From Centruroides vittatus (Eukaryota): a stretch of 64,000 bases of DNA. This document shows positions 20,090 through 31,682 of the stretch, piece by piece. Position 1 is the stretch's first letter. Each line of letters starts with the position of its first letter. The DNA lies in NCBI RefSeq assembly GCF_030686945.1, contig NW_027122681.1, forward strand, positions 1,866,938 to 1,930,937. Reading direction: 5' to 3'. Below the pieces are notes generated by a model that made no database searches, was not told the DNA's origin, and saw only the letters and a program-made list of their open reading frames with translations. Both the position numbers and the translations under genes were made by a program.

Positions 20090-21530
20090 TTAATGTTTAT
20101 AGAACATCTTTTTTAAAAGAGCTGGCTTAAAATGCTCATGGAAAAACATAATTAGTGTTTCAGTCATGTCTGCAATAAATTTATCATCTCTTGGAATGAT
20201 AAAAACTTTGAAGTCACTTTTTGTGTAAATAAACAGGTGAGCAACTTGTCTATTTGTCACTGCTAATTGACCTTGGATTTGATAAAAATAATCATGATTC
20301 CGTTTTAAAGTAATTTTGTCATCAGTACATTCCAAATATGGTACATTTTGCACATTCACAGGAAGTTTAAAACTGGAGTAAGGACATTTAACTTCTAATA
20401 TTTTATCATCATCCACAAGCCCATCTGGACTTGCAGCTAAGAATGGGTATTTTGGATGAAGAAACATGCCACATTCTTTCACAGGAGTATTTTCAAAAGA
20501 AGAATATGCTTCAATTGCTTCTTTTTCATACCTTAAGCCATGAGAAATTGCCTTACTTTTTATTGGCCTACTTGACAGTAACGAGTCACACAATTTTAGT
20601 CTGTCTGCTGATTTTAATTTACAAACTTTTCCAAAGTTTGAAGATGTCAAACGCAACAAATGTTCCTTCTTCCAAACTGCACTTTTTCGTTGTAATCGGG
20701 TCTCTTTTTCCAAATGTTCTATGTACTCCCTACTTGCTTCAGTTACATGTAAAGCTTTTAAAAACATTTCGGACATTGTGCTTTTGCAATAATCATGATC
20801 TGACTCTAAAGCCCTCATGTTTGCTGGTTGCCTTAATTGTAATATCGGTATTGCACAACCACTTTGCATGTTCATTGCCAAATTAATAACAAAGTTTGTA
20901 TAATCAGAGATTGAACTGCCAGATGGTCTGGGGTCAAATTTCATGTCTTCCAATCGTTTCCTTTTCATTCCTCTCTTCTTAAATAAATGAAATGGAAGCT
21001 CACTAGCCTTAATTGGGGAACCTTTATGTTGGCGGGTAGGCTGATGGAATGTTTGCAGAACCTGAGTGCATGTTTTGTGACACTTATAATTGCCTGTTCT
21101 TCCGTATTCTTCTATTGCCAATAGTGTTACACATACATGTTTGCAATATGCTTTAGGCCCTTTACCTGCTGTACATTCACATATTGCATTTTCTATATCC
21201 CCATCATCTGTAATTACTAAATCTGTATAATATGTGTTCCCCTTGGTTAATTCAGATTTTACATTACCTTTAAAATATGAAAATTTTTTTTCTTTTGTTC
21301 CTCTTATTGTTAATAAGAATTCATTAAAATACATCTGCACAGCAGACAGTGGCATTCTTTGATCTGACATCTCCATGTAGGCATCAATTGTATCTATAGT
21401 CAAAACTGGTATTTGTAAACTTGGAGAGAGATCCTTATATTCAGATGAATCAGGAAGTTTGAGTTCAGGAGAGCTATCACAGGATATAGAAAAATTATGA
21501 GTTTCCTGATTCCTCTCATATGCCAGTAAC
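20090..21530 (-). CDS. SAP-SWIM-YqaJ protein, exon 2 (SWIM zinc finger + YqaJ/lambda-exonuclease-like PD-(D/E)xK domain)
   Basis: The acceptor TTTTCAG restores the frame (phase 2). SWIM CxCxnCxH is CECTAGKGPKAYCKHVCVTLLAI. The C-terminal region LTSSNFGKVCK...HGLRYEKEAIEAY...LAASPDGLVDD..ILEVKCPYS matches YqaJ-type exonuclease motifs. The ORF 20090..21550 is uninterrupted. Confidence 0.75.
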
Positions 21531-22336
21531 CTGAAAATTATTGTAAACAAGTTTAATAACTAGTTAACATATGATCACCAATATTTTATTTAGTTTTTTC
21601 TGTCTCATTGACAGGAAAGGCAAAAATTATTATTATATATTATATTCTTACCTTAATATATTACATATAATATAAAAATAAACAGTATAAGGTAACTGAA
21701 CAGTATTGACAAGCACCTAAATATGGCATATATATATAGTGTATGCCAGATTTAGTAAAAGAAAATGGGCAAAAATTCACTTGTACAAAAAGTTTATTGG
21801 TGAAGAAATTAGTCTTATTGCATTAAATTATTGAAACAAGTAAGAAGACTTGTGACCAATAAAAAAGACATTTTGATTATATTTATTTTAATTACTCCAA
21901 AAATTGTTTTCTCTTGGTAAAAGATTCAGATATATATCTCTTATATTGTCTTAGAACTTCATAGAAAGTAGTTTTGTTTGTGTTGATTGTTGTTCTAAAT
22001 TACAGTGATAACCTATTGGTACAGTTAACATTTCAGATACTGGTATAAATTGGTTATAATATATCAGGTTCAGTACATGACCATATTCCAAGAGGAAAAA
22101 ACTTCATTTTAAAGTTTTGACCTTATGTTTTGGTTAGGCAAATGTGAAAAGAATCAATGACAACTTTACTGATCTTTAAATGTTTTTATCGACGAAAAAT
22201 GTGCATTTTGTGAAATCTTATCCTTAAAACTTTCATCTACTGGTAAGTTACCTTATCATGTAATAGTTATAAGGACTTGAAATTATAAATGTAATAATTA
22301 ACGATAAAAATATAGATGTAGATTATTTTAACTTAC

Positions 22337-22446
22337 CTTTCTATTAAATCGGCTTTTCTACCAGCTAACTTGGCATTGTACTTTTTTAATTCTTCCTTTA
22401 ATTGTACCGTTGTTAACCTTCCTAAAAAATATTTTCGTTCTTCCAT
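22337..22446 (-). CDS. SAP-SWIM-YqaJ protein, exon 1 (SAP DNA-binding motif)
   Basis: MEERKYFLGRLTTVQLKEELKKYNAKLAGRKADLIER fits the SAP helix-linker-helix consensus (L..L.V.eLreELkkrgL...G.K.dLieRL). A GTAAGT donor follows. Confidence 0.7.
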
Positions 22447-22474
22447 TATTATAAAGTAAGCTATCCTTCGAACG

Positions 22475-22545
22475 GAACAGCTTGTTTACAACCGCATCGA
22501 TATGCGCGACACCTATGTCACGTGATCACTTTTTTCCCCTATTAT
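22475..22545 (-). repeat. Right TIR of the composite element
   Basis: Reverse complement of the left TIR. It contains CACGTG (E-box) and ATCGATA (DRE-like) immediately upstream of the SAP-SWIM-YqaJ gene ATG. Confidence 0.7.
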
Positions 22546-23425
22546 ACTGAAAAGTATCTTCGAAACCAATATAAGGTTGAAGTTTTTCACGTTCGTAGAT
22601 TATGTTGTTTAATAACTTGAAAGAAATTTCCTGTTAAATAAATCAGAATAGTTACAAATAATGTAAAATGATATACATAATAATGTACAGTACATAACGG
22701 AATAAAAATTCGAAATCAAAATTGAATTCTTGGACAGAATAATTAACAACTTTATCCATTCAGAAAATTGCTGATTATGGAAAATTATACAAAATCTTTT
22801 CATAATGTTATCGTAGCTTTATAGAAAAGAATTTCTAATACAGCAATACAACAGACTAAATAGAAACTACATGGGTTAGAAAACAATGAATATTACACTC
22901 AACACTGAAAACTACACGGGAAAGCATTGGATAGCTCTACATTTATGTTTGTTACATTATAATATGCTTCAAGTCTGATTTCTTTATTAGAAAAATAATC
23001 TTTTGTAGTCTATGTAAGCAATGTGTAACAGAATACAACTCAGAAAACAAACATTAGAACTTACTCATCTTAAATTAATACCTATAGCAAAAAAAAAAAA
23101 AAACAAACCAAGTCTAGGCACTTTCCATTGAGATTGCTTAAGTTCTATTCTTTCTTTACAAAAACGTCTGTATCCAATAGTTACAAAAACTCGAAATACG
23201 GATGCAACATCGAACACAAGGTACAGAACGTAACACTGGACATCGCACGTCACGTACGATTCTAATGTCTGAGTTTTAATTGAAGAATTGATTCCATTCA
23301 ATTTTTTATTTATTTTTTCCCTTTAAATGCAAGCCGCGAACGAATTTTGTGTATTTATAAAGCGACTTCTATGTTTTTGTACTATTAACTTATACTAACA
23401 ACAATTCTATAATCACTGCGTATGA

Positions 23426-23644
23426 TCAAGTAAATACCATTGTGACCATTGTTACTTTATGAGACATAATTCTTCGAACGATATCCCTCCATTTTGTACA
23501 CACTTTTCCACACACGTCCAACTCGGTATCTTTCATATATTTAAACACGTAGAAGATTATTTCGTCAGGCAATTCTGTCAACAACAGGCAACCGTGTGGA
23601 GATATCGGACGTATTTTTGTTTCTCCAAATGACGCTTTTTTCAT
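23426..23644 (-). CDS. F-box domain exon (first coding exon of an F-box protein gene; downstream exons not identified)
   Basis: LLTELPDEIIFYVFKYMKDTELDVCGKVCTKWRDIV matches the F-box consensus (LP.E.l..If..L....l.....VCk.W..l). Confidence 0.5.
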   Translation of the reverse strand: MKKASFGETKIRPISPHGCLLLTELPDEIIFYVFKYMKDTELDVCGKVCTKWRDIVRRIMSHKVTMVTMVFT

Positions 23645-24908
23645 CTTAATAAATTCTTTTTATCCAGAAAATTATGAACTTAATTATAATTAAGACGAAC
23701 AGTAAAATAAGTGATAAATTATTTTATAAAAAGTATAACATTCATAAATTTTTTATTTTATTTATAGAATCTTCATAGAAAACCATTATCTTTGATCAAA
23801 ATAAATTATTTGTATATATTTTTTGTCATTTAACAGTTCGCTTAATTATAAAAACAACGAGTAATTATCACTGTTGTGGAAATAGAAATTAAGTAAATGT
23901 ATAAAATTGTATGAACAAACAAAATAAATTATAAAATGTCACGATGTGTGCAGTTTGTGAAGCTCAGAGCCCATTTTAACATTTTGTAATATTTGCAGAT
24001 TCCGTGACCTTGTCCAAGCATTCCCCATTTTAATTTCGAGTTGTTACTTTGTGAAACATTGCTCTAAAATTTTGTTGTTGTGACGTTTCTATACTCATAC
24101 AAAACAATAGTAACATATAAAAAACAGACGAAATAAAAACAAATATAGTAATTACCCCTAATTTTCATAATAAACATAGATGGAATAAATCTGAAATGGT
24201 CGCTAATCACCGTGTGACTTCTTATAGATCTGTCGTTACCAGATAATTGGAACACTGTTCGGAATGGTTAATGACAATCTCACAGGTAAGAAATACTAAA
24301 ATGACATGCCACGTGGAGAAAAGACAACGTTACCACTTATTTTTTTAATATAAAATCAGATGGCAAAACAAAATTTAAAATGCAGTTATATTTACCTTAC
24401 GCGAAATAAAACAATTAGCAAAAATAAGGGAAATAGGGAAAATGATTATGATAAACTTACTTGGTAAATTGTAGAACAAAACTGTGAACTTTGCAGAAAA
24501 AAATCCAAAATCTTGCAAACCAGCACAAAACACAACCTCACCCAACGAAAGCAAGAGGAAAAGTGAGAAATTTTGCATAAGTTTTAAAGAGAAAAGGTCA
24601 ACGATTCTCGGAACAACAAATGATTAACATCTTTCATTTTATTATTTGCACTGTATGTATCAGTACACGGAAAGTTTATCTCCATTCTTTTCCGACGTTC
24701 GGAGGCTAAAAATTCTACAGTATTCTAATCTGCTTTTTTTAAAAAACAAATCCGAATAAAATCAGAAGATAAAAAGGTTGTAAGACAAACAGGTAATCTA
24801 TGGGAGAGAAAATTTTTATTATTATTATCCATATTACCCTAAATGCATTTCGCCTTCAACGGCCTCTTCAGTAGGGCTTTTTCTTTCACAAATAAACATA
24901 GATGCAAG

Positions 24909-25322
24909 TTATCCAACACTAGAGACACCATCATCCATACAGTTACTACTTCGCGTACAACCTTTATATCCAATTAAGCTATCCCAGCATTCCGCTACAA
25001 TCACGCCATTATTCAAATTCATTGTGCTGGTTTGCATAATGATTGCGTAATGTTCTTTAAATTTACGTTTAGTTACATTTTTTTCCCGATGTAATATTTT
25101 AATGTTATTAGTATCGATAGAACAATTATTAGCCCGACAATGTAAAAATATTGGAGAAGCATTAATTTTAAGGCGTATCGAGACCAGGTGTTCCGACAAC
25201 CTTACTTGCAGTTTCTTTTTCGTTTCACCCACGTAAAAATTAGGAGTTTCGCAGGAACACGGAAGTCTGTAAACCACACCATCTTCTTCCAATAACTCTT
25301 TTTTCACATTAGGTCTTGTCAC
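24909..25322 (-). CDS. PLE GIY-YIG endonuclease domain (frame-shifted relative to the RT; the apparent start is a GTG artefact)
   Basis: The GIY...YVG and R..EH motifs are present. The upstream RT frame ends in a TGA overlapping by 1 nt. Confidence 0.75.
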   Translation of the reverse strand: MTRPNVKKELLEEDGVVYRLPCSCETPNFYVGETKKKLQVRLSEHLVSIRLKINASPIFLHCRANNCSIDTNNIKILHREKNVTKRKFKEHYAIIMQTSTMNLNNGVIVAECWDSLIGYKGCTRSSNCMDDGVSSVG

Positions 25323-26434
25323 AAGTCCAAATAACCTGTTTTTTGGATCGGAGCCAACTTAATTAGATTATTACATAAGATTTTTTGATATTTTTCAAAG
25401 ATACCTTTAACGTATGGGAAAGAGACATACTTATCTACCAGCTGTTTTTCTTCTTTTACTTGAAATCTGTTTTCTAAATATGTATTATACCACTTCTTAA
25501 GGAGTTTTTTTGGATAGCCGTTCAGTAGATATTTCTTATTTATTTCTTTAATTTCGTCTTCTCTTATGTTGGCTCTGGTCGTTCTAGAAAAGATCTTACG
25601 TATTTCCATTAAATATATATTTTTCTTTTGGTTAATTGGGCAATAAGATTTAAAGTATATTACTTTCCTTGCACTACAAGGTTTTTCATATTTGCAATAC
25701 TCTAAATGATTATCGAACCTAATAATTGTTAGGTCTAGGTAGTTAAGTCTGTTAAGCTTTTCACTTTCATGGGTAGACCTAATACATTTGTTAATCTTAT
25801 TAGCTTCTTCTACTATTTTTTCTGGAAACGTTACTTTACTATTATATATAAGGAATACATCATCTACGTACCGTACAAGGAACACTATTCCATTAATTGT
25901 TGACAGAATTTTATCTATATTAATCATGACTATTTCTGCTAGCTTTGGTCCTACAACGGAGCCCATAGAGATTCCGTCTTTCTGACGGTAGTATTTCCCG
26001 TTAACTGCAAAGAAGTTTTGTTCTAATACAAATTTAATTAAGTCTATTAAATGTTGTTCAACGTTGTACTTACTCAGACTTTGTGTAATTATTTCTTTAG
26101 TAATTGAAGGGTACATTGACTCTATGTCGAGGCTCATTAGCCCATATTCTGGTAGTATTCTTCCCGCTTCTAATTTTGAAATCGGGATGTCCGCATTTTT
26201 CACACTGAATGCCGAGTTTGTAATAACCTGCAAGGATTTTTTCAGAAAATTTTCTAGGTTATATAGTAAAGTCATCTCGAAATCCACGATGGGTCGACAT
26301 TTATTCTGTTTGTGTGTCTTTATGCGTATATTCAATTTTGGTATCCTTACATTTTCTTTTGGGAGCAATTCCTTACTTTCAGAAGTTGAAATAATGCCTT
26401 CCTTCAGCAAATTTTCTTTTAAGTTTTTCTTCAA
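25319..26434 (-). CDS. PLE reverse transcriptase
   Basis: RT motifs as listed for the internal copy. The N-terminus is probably incomplete. Confidence 0.8.
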   Translation of the reverse strand: MKKNLKENLLKEGIISTSESKELLPKENVRIPKLNIRIKTHKQNKCRPIVDFEMTLLYNLENFLKKSLQVITNSAFSVKNADIPISKLEAGRILPEYGLMSLDIESMYPSITKEIITQSLSKYNVEQHLIDLIKFVLEQNFFAVNGKYYRQKDGISMGSVVGPKLAEIVMINIDKILSTINGIVFLVRYVDDVFLIYNSKVTFPEKIVEEANKINKCIRSTHESEKLNRLNYLDLTIIRFDNHLEYCKYEKPCSARKVIYFKSYCPINQKKNIYLMEIRKIFSRTTRANIREDEIKEINKKYLLNGYPKKLLKKWYNTYLENRFQVKEEKQLVDKYVSFPYVKGIFEKYQKILCNNLIKLAPIQKTGYLDL

Positions 26435-26469
26435 TATTTTTTGAATATTCTCCGTTGGGTCTTGTTTTA

Positions 26470-27098
26470 ATTCTTCAAGTTCCTGCGAAACTCCTAATTT
26501 TTACGTGGGTGAAACGAAAAAGAAACTGCAAGTAAGGTTATCGGAACACCTGGTCTCGATACGCCTTAAAATTAATGCTTCTCCAATATTTTTACATTGT
26601 CGGGCTAATAATTGTTCTATCGATACTAATAACATTAAAATATTACATCGGGAAAAAAATGTAACTAAACGTAAATTTAAAGAACATTACGCAATCATTA
26701 TGCAAACCAGCACAATGAATTTGAATAATGGCGTGATTGTAGCGGAATGCTGGGATAGCTTAATTGGATATAAAGGTTGTACGCGAAGTAGTAACTATAT
26801 GGATGATGGTGTCTCTAGTGTTGGATAACTTGCATCTATGTTTATTTGTGAAAGAAAAAGCCCTACTGAAGAGGCCGTTGAAGGCGAAATGCATTTAGGG
26901 TAATATGGATAATAATAATAAAAATTTTCTCTCCCATAGATTACCTGTTTGTCTTACAACCTTTTTATCTTCTGATTTTATTCGGATTTGTTTTTTAAAA
27001 AAAGCAGATTAGAATACTGTAGAATTTTTAGCCTCCGAACGTCGGAAAAGAATGGAGATAAACTTTCCGTGTACTGATACATACAGTGCAAATAATAA
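26470..27098 (+). mobile_element. Inverted 5'-truncated PLE copy (GIY-YIG end + 3' UTR), head-to-head with the internal copy
   Basis: Reverse complement of 24633-25245 at about 98% identity. ORF 26505..26828 is an exact paralogue of the GIY-YIG ORF. Confidence 0.85.
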
Positions 27099-27879
27099 AA
27101 TGAATGATTTTATCCGACGCCATCGGTTTTTAAGATAAGAGTTATCTTGAAGTAATTTTTGTCTTTTACATTATTTTTATTGATTAACATTTCTTACCGC
27201 TGTCACTTGAGAACCCCCATTGTCCGAAACCTTTGTTTTTACAGTACTGTACTGTACATTAAACATTTTCCATTACCAATGACTAATGATTTTATTACAA
27301 GTTGTGTCATATAAAACTTGATAATTGCAACAGAAGGGTTTTTAATTAATTTATAAGTGATTGATTTTATATGTACGTTCGAATCCGTTTAATTAGGCAA
27401 CCGGTTAAATTTAATCAATAAATTATTTATTAAAATTTAATTAATTTCGGTTTTACTGCTCGGACCCGTGTTAACTCGGGCACATTACATAGCGTTACAA
27501 ATAAACATGGAAAAATTTCAAAAACCCCAGATCTTCTTAAGGTTCACGAAGTTTTTCTGACGTTTTTACCTGTGCAAAAATTTTTATAGCGATTCTAATA
27601 CAACTTTAATGACTCGCGACTAACGCTTAATCGTTTTCAATGGGATTTTTTGTATCGAATTAATTTAATCATTCTAAACTTCTAATACACGGGTTTGACA
27701 TCTGTAAAATTAATTACTTACTTTCCGATGTCATAAACAATTTCTAATATATTTTTTTAATTAATAGATTTTATTATATAGAGTAAAAACTGCTTGGGCA
27801 AACACTCGCATTCGATGGGCAGCTGTCAAAATGGGAAAAATTATGTCTAACATAATTTTTTATTTCTATTACCGGGACA

Positions 27880-27960
27880 GCCTAGTTCTGTGGGGGCCCC
27901 TATTTTGTGCGGGCCCTGGGCACAGGCCCCAAATGCCCTTATGTAAATCAGGCCCTGATG
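27880..27960. repeat. Second copy of the GTGGGGGCCC...GGCCCCAAATG repeat
   Basis: Matches 16100-16180. Confidence 0.7.
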
Positions 27961-28104
27961 TCATCAAAGAACTGATTAGTATGTGACCCCAGTTAAAATT
28001 AGTGCATGGAAAGCCCAAGCACTCATAAAGTCAGGGTTTAGTAAAAAGATGTAATTAAGACGTAGAAAATATGCTTAGTTCTTGGTTGAACTTAGTTTCG
28101 GGAA

Positions 28105-28325
28105 CTTATAGACGGCTGAGCGGTCATAGTGGCAACCTACCGCTCTGGGGACTCGGAATCGAATCCGGACAGGTTAAAAACTCCCGAGGAATTTTTCGGG
28201 AGGTTTCATCTGGATATGTCAAGTTCCATTCCTCATTGCTCCACTGTGGGTCTGGCCGAACTCATAATTGACTTGCTTAGAAAGAGGTCCTCTTAGTGCC
28301 CGCAGGGCAGAGTTTAAGAAAAAAG
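28105..28325 (+). mobile_element. Diverged member of the same tRNA-derived SINE family
   Basis: GACGGCTGAGCGGTCATAGTGGCAACCTACCGCTCTGGGGACTCGGAATCGAATCC plus the body ...CCTCTTAGTGCCCGCAGGGCAGAG and an A-rich tail. Confidence 0.7.
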
Positions 28326-28470
28326 CTTCAGGAACTTTTATAATTTTTTTGTCTATCCGAAATTTATTTTCATTATCAAAAATCGACTCGTCAGGTTTCT
28401 CTATCTCAATAAAATTAAACATCACTTTAGCTGAAGTCCGATGACATTCAGATATAAAGTTTGGCTATTC

Positions 28471-28699
28471 TTAATAGCGAGGTTGATGCCGAAGTTTTAA
28501 ACGCAAAAACGTGTACGTCGAACGTTCAGCGCCGCTTTCCTGCAAGCCTACAAGTTTGACAATGGTGTTTGGAAAGTCAGTTGAATCGTGCTCGACATTC
28601 CAAACGCCATTGTCAAACTTCTAGGCTTACAGGAAAGCGGCGCTGAACGTTCGACGTACACGTTTTTGCGTTTAAAACTTCGGCGTCAACCTCGCTATT
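28471..28699. mobile_element. Foldback MITE, complete copy
   Basis: AATAGCGAGGTTGATGCCGAAGTTTTAAACGC... has a ~105-bp arm, a ~25-bp loop and an inverted arm ...CCTCGCTATT. Confidence 0.88.
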
Positions 28700-28964
28700 T
28701 TAAATCTGGCAACCTTATGTCGAATAATTTCACGCCATCTTACATTAAGAAAAATAATAAAAATTTGTAAAATTTATTTTATTACGACTGATTTTTTGAT
28801 TTAAATATTAATTAATATTAAAAAATTATTAACATTATTTAGACTGGTTAAAATTTAACGAGTTGTTTTTCCGACAGAGGGCATTGTCGATCTTACGGTT
28901 GAGGAAGTAAGCACGTGTTGGTGTTGACATTCAGTAAACATGAACGTTCAAATCAAACTCTGAA

Positions 28965-29111
28965 ATGTCCAGACCACCGCCCGATCCCATATTTACTCTG
29001 AGACATCACACTGGTGAAGTTACGAGTCTTAGTTTCGTCGACGTATTATCTGATTATCCTCATCTTTTATCCGGTAGCACAACTGGTGAAGTTTTCCTTT
29101 GGAATTTGAAG
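28965..29111 (+). CDS. WD40-repeat protein gene, exon 1
   Basis: MSRPPPDPIFTLRHHTGEVTSLSFVDVLSDYPHLLSGSTTGEVFLWNLK is a WD repeat (...GS.DG.v.lWnl). A GTATCA donor follows. Confidence 0.65.
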
Positions 29112-29884
29112 GTATCAATTAAAATTCCACTTCTATAATTGAATTCTAAATTTTTCCTAGACTTATTCGTGGTCCTAACAGCCATTTTGGATTAAGATCA
29201 GTTCGGTTCAAATTAATGTATAATATATGAGGCATAAATAGGTACAAAGGCAGCTCTGAATGAGGCCCCCAAATTTTAGTTCCTCAAAGTCCTCAACCAC
29301 TTCATTGGTATCTTTGTCTTATACCTTTATTATAAAAATGATAAGATGTGAATTTTGAACGAGGAATTTGCCATCCCAGAATTGTACACATACCTGTACA
29401 AGTAAAAGAAGTCAATAGAACTACAACTGTACGTGTGACCCTTTGCCTACTCTCCATGCTCCGCATGTTGTGCGCTTCGGTGTGAGTGACAGCAAGCACC
29501 GAAGCACCTGTGTGAGGCAATACCCCACCTCTCTCTAAAACTGTATATCAAATACTCCATGAACATCCAAGAAGACTACTCAAAGCATGGGCCAAATAGC
29601 AAAACACAATACTCTTAGTGGAGCAATGTGACTCCTGATTGCACATGACCTGGAAGCAAGCTGTATCTTGCAAATGGTCAGGTGTACAGGTATGGTTCAT
29701 TTGACTTTCTTGCTCTTATGAGTATAGTCTACATTTCTTTGTTGTGTGTAAAAGTACGGCGTTTATCTTAATATCGTGCCACCATAACACCTAAACAGTG
29801 AAGCTTGTAGTTTTGTAGTAGTTCTCAATTGGAACTTAATACTTTTAATATGACAAATTAGATTCACTTTAATTTTATTTATAG

Positions 29885-30027
29885 ACCTACAGAGTTGACG
29901 ATAAATTGGAAGCACACGAAAAGAAACACATTCTGTGGGTCGAATCTCTTGGAAATAATATTTTCACGCAAGGGCGGGACGGTTTAGTGAACATCTGGAA
30001 CTACGACGACGACGAAATGGAAAATTA
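29885..30027 (+). CDS. WD40-repeat protein gene, exon 2 (3' boundary uncertain)
   Basis: TYRVDDKLEAHEKKHILWVESLGNNIFTQGRDGLVNIWNYDDDEMEN follows the acceptor TTTATAG. An in-frame TAG at 30025 implies a donor just before it, or a missing micro-exon; the phase does not match exon 3 directly. Confidence 0.5.
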
Positions 30028-31682
30028 GTAGTAAGTAAACAATATAATTTATGTATATTTTGTTTCTAACAGTTTCCATTGCCGAATTTTTATTTTAGAT
30101 TCAAAGAAAGATGTTATCACTATTATTATATAAACAACTCGACAAACCTGATCAAAACCGATCTGCCAAATTATCGCTATTGCTCTTAAATTAATCGAAT
30201 AGCACGATTACCGAGAAAATCTTGTGCAAGATTCATGTAGTAGTCGCACTTGCAACACTAGTCAAGAGCCAAATTTCATCTGGGAAAATATTAACAAATT
30301 CTTAGTGTTTTTGGTTTACTGAATGTGAATTTGACTTAAACAATAATAATCAACACACATTTTATTATATTATTAATTAATCAACACACAAAATTGTTAG
30401 GGATTAAAACTTGAACTATGTCTTGTATACTTCAGGACTCATAATGTGAAACTTTTTGTGTTTTTATGTCATTCTATTGCCATGAAACTTATTTAAACTA
30501 AAAACATTCATCTATCCATCAGCATTTCTTTTATGATTTTTGTCAGGACAGGCTGAAAATGTGGAGTTTTCCAGGTTTTCTCCACATCTTTAATGCCTAA
30601 ATAGGGGCCAGTTACCTTTAAAAGACCTCCTGGAAGACATCTCCAGTCAGATCGCCCAAGTGTTGCATTGCTGTGACTAAACAAACCATCAAATCCTCCT
30701 GTTCCACAGCCTTAGAGATCATGACACATTGCTTGATGGGTGGCATAGTCCTCTTTCTCGTCCTCCAGATGTAACACCCGGACACTCTATGCAAGTTTTA
30801 TGAGTTTGTAATGAAAGATCTCCCATACTATCAGTTGTGGCACAGTGAGCACCCTGCTTAATCCACTGGTTGATTACATAGACTCTGTGTTATTGCAGTT
30901 TCTACATATTTTGTCAGGTATGGTGGGTCTTCTGGAACATTGTGCGTCATGTATATTAACCATTCACCTGAATTTAGTAACAAACAGTCTAATATTGGAA
31001 CTGGTAGGAACAGACTTAATGAATTTCTGGGTGAGGATTGTTTGTACTTCTGTATGTTAATCCACTAAAACATGTGCAAACAACATCAGTTTTCTTTTCT
31101 TGGATCAGCATGTTTCACATGACCAGCATACAAATGATTTTATTACCATTTACAAAAATGGATTTAGACTTTTAGTAATGAATTGGTGATGAATTAATCA
31201 GACAATTACAGGTATGCACTGTGTAACGAGATACCATAACATTGTAATGGAGCTGAAAAATTCGTAGCCGCCTTTTGTACATTCAGATATATACTGGTTT
31301 TATTTGAATAATAATTGTCCTCAAACAGTAATCACAGATCATCCGTAAAGCTTGAAATAATAATACAGGTACACTGCCAAATTTCTGTCACTCTTGGTTC
31401 CAATGCATTGCTGGATTAACCATTTTTCTGGACTAACCAAGGTATAATTTGTCAACATATCTCTAACTCAGTAATTATACATCTCTCATGTGTCTAAAGT
31501 ATACTATGGATTGCTAGAGACTTAATCTGTTAACGTTACTATAATGGCCAGGTGATCAAGTGAAAAACTCGTAAAAAATAGCACGAGTTAGCAAATGCTA
31601 CAAGTTGGACAGTTCAACAAGCATAACTGGCAGCATCATGAAACTTCTTATGTTAATTTTCACAAGTTCTACAACACTGAGT

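Larger units (their letters stand above)
17909..22545. mobile_element. TIR-bounded composite DNA transposon (ISL2EU/Harbinger-like) carrying a THAP-DDE transposase gene and a SAP-SWIM-YqaJ gene
   Basis: Imperfect inverted repeats of ~65-70 bp bound it. Left end: AATAGGGGAAAAAAGTGAAATC...TATCGATGAGGTCGTAAACAG (17909-17975). Right end: reverse complement AATAGGGGAAAAAAGTGATCACG...TATCGATGCGGTTGTAAACAA (22545 down to 22475). Two convergent two-exon genes lie between them. Confidence 0.7.
24633..26468 (-). mobile_element. Penelope-like retroelement (PLE), internal copy
   Basis: RT ORF 25319..26434 (RYVDDVFLIYN, GISMGSVVGPKLAEIVM) is followed by GIY-YIG endonuclease ORF 24909..25322 (VVYRLPCSCETPNFYVGETKKKLQVRLSEH). 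A 1-nt frameshift lies between them. Confidence 0.85.
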
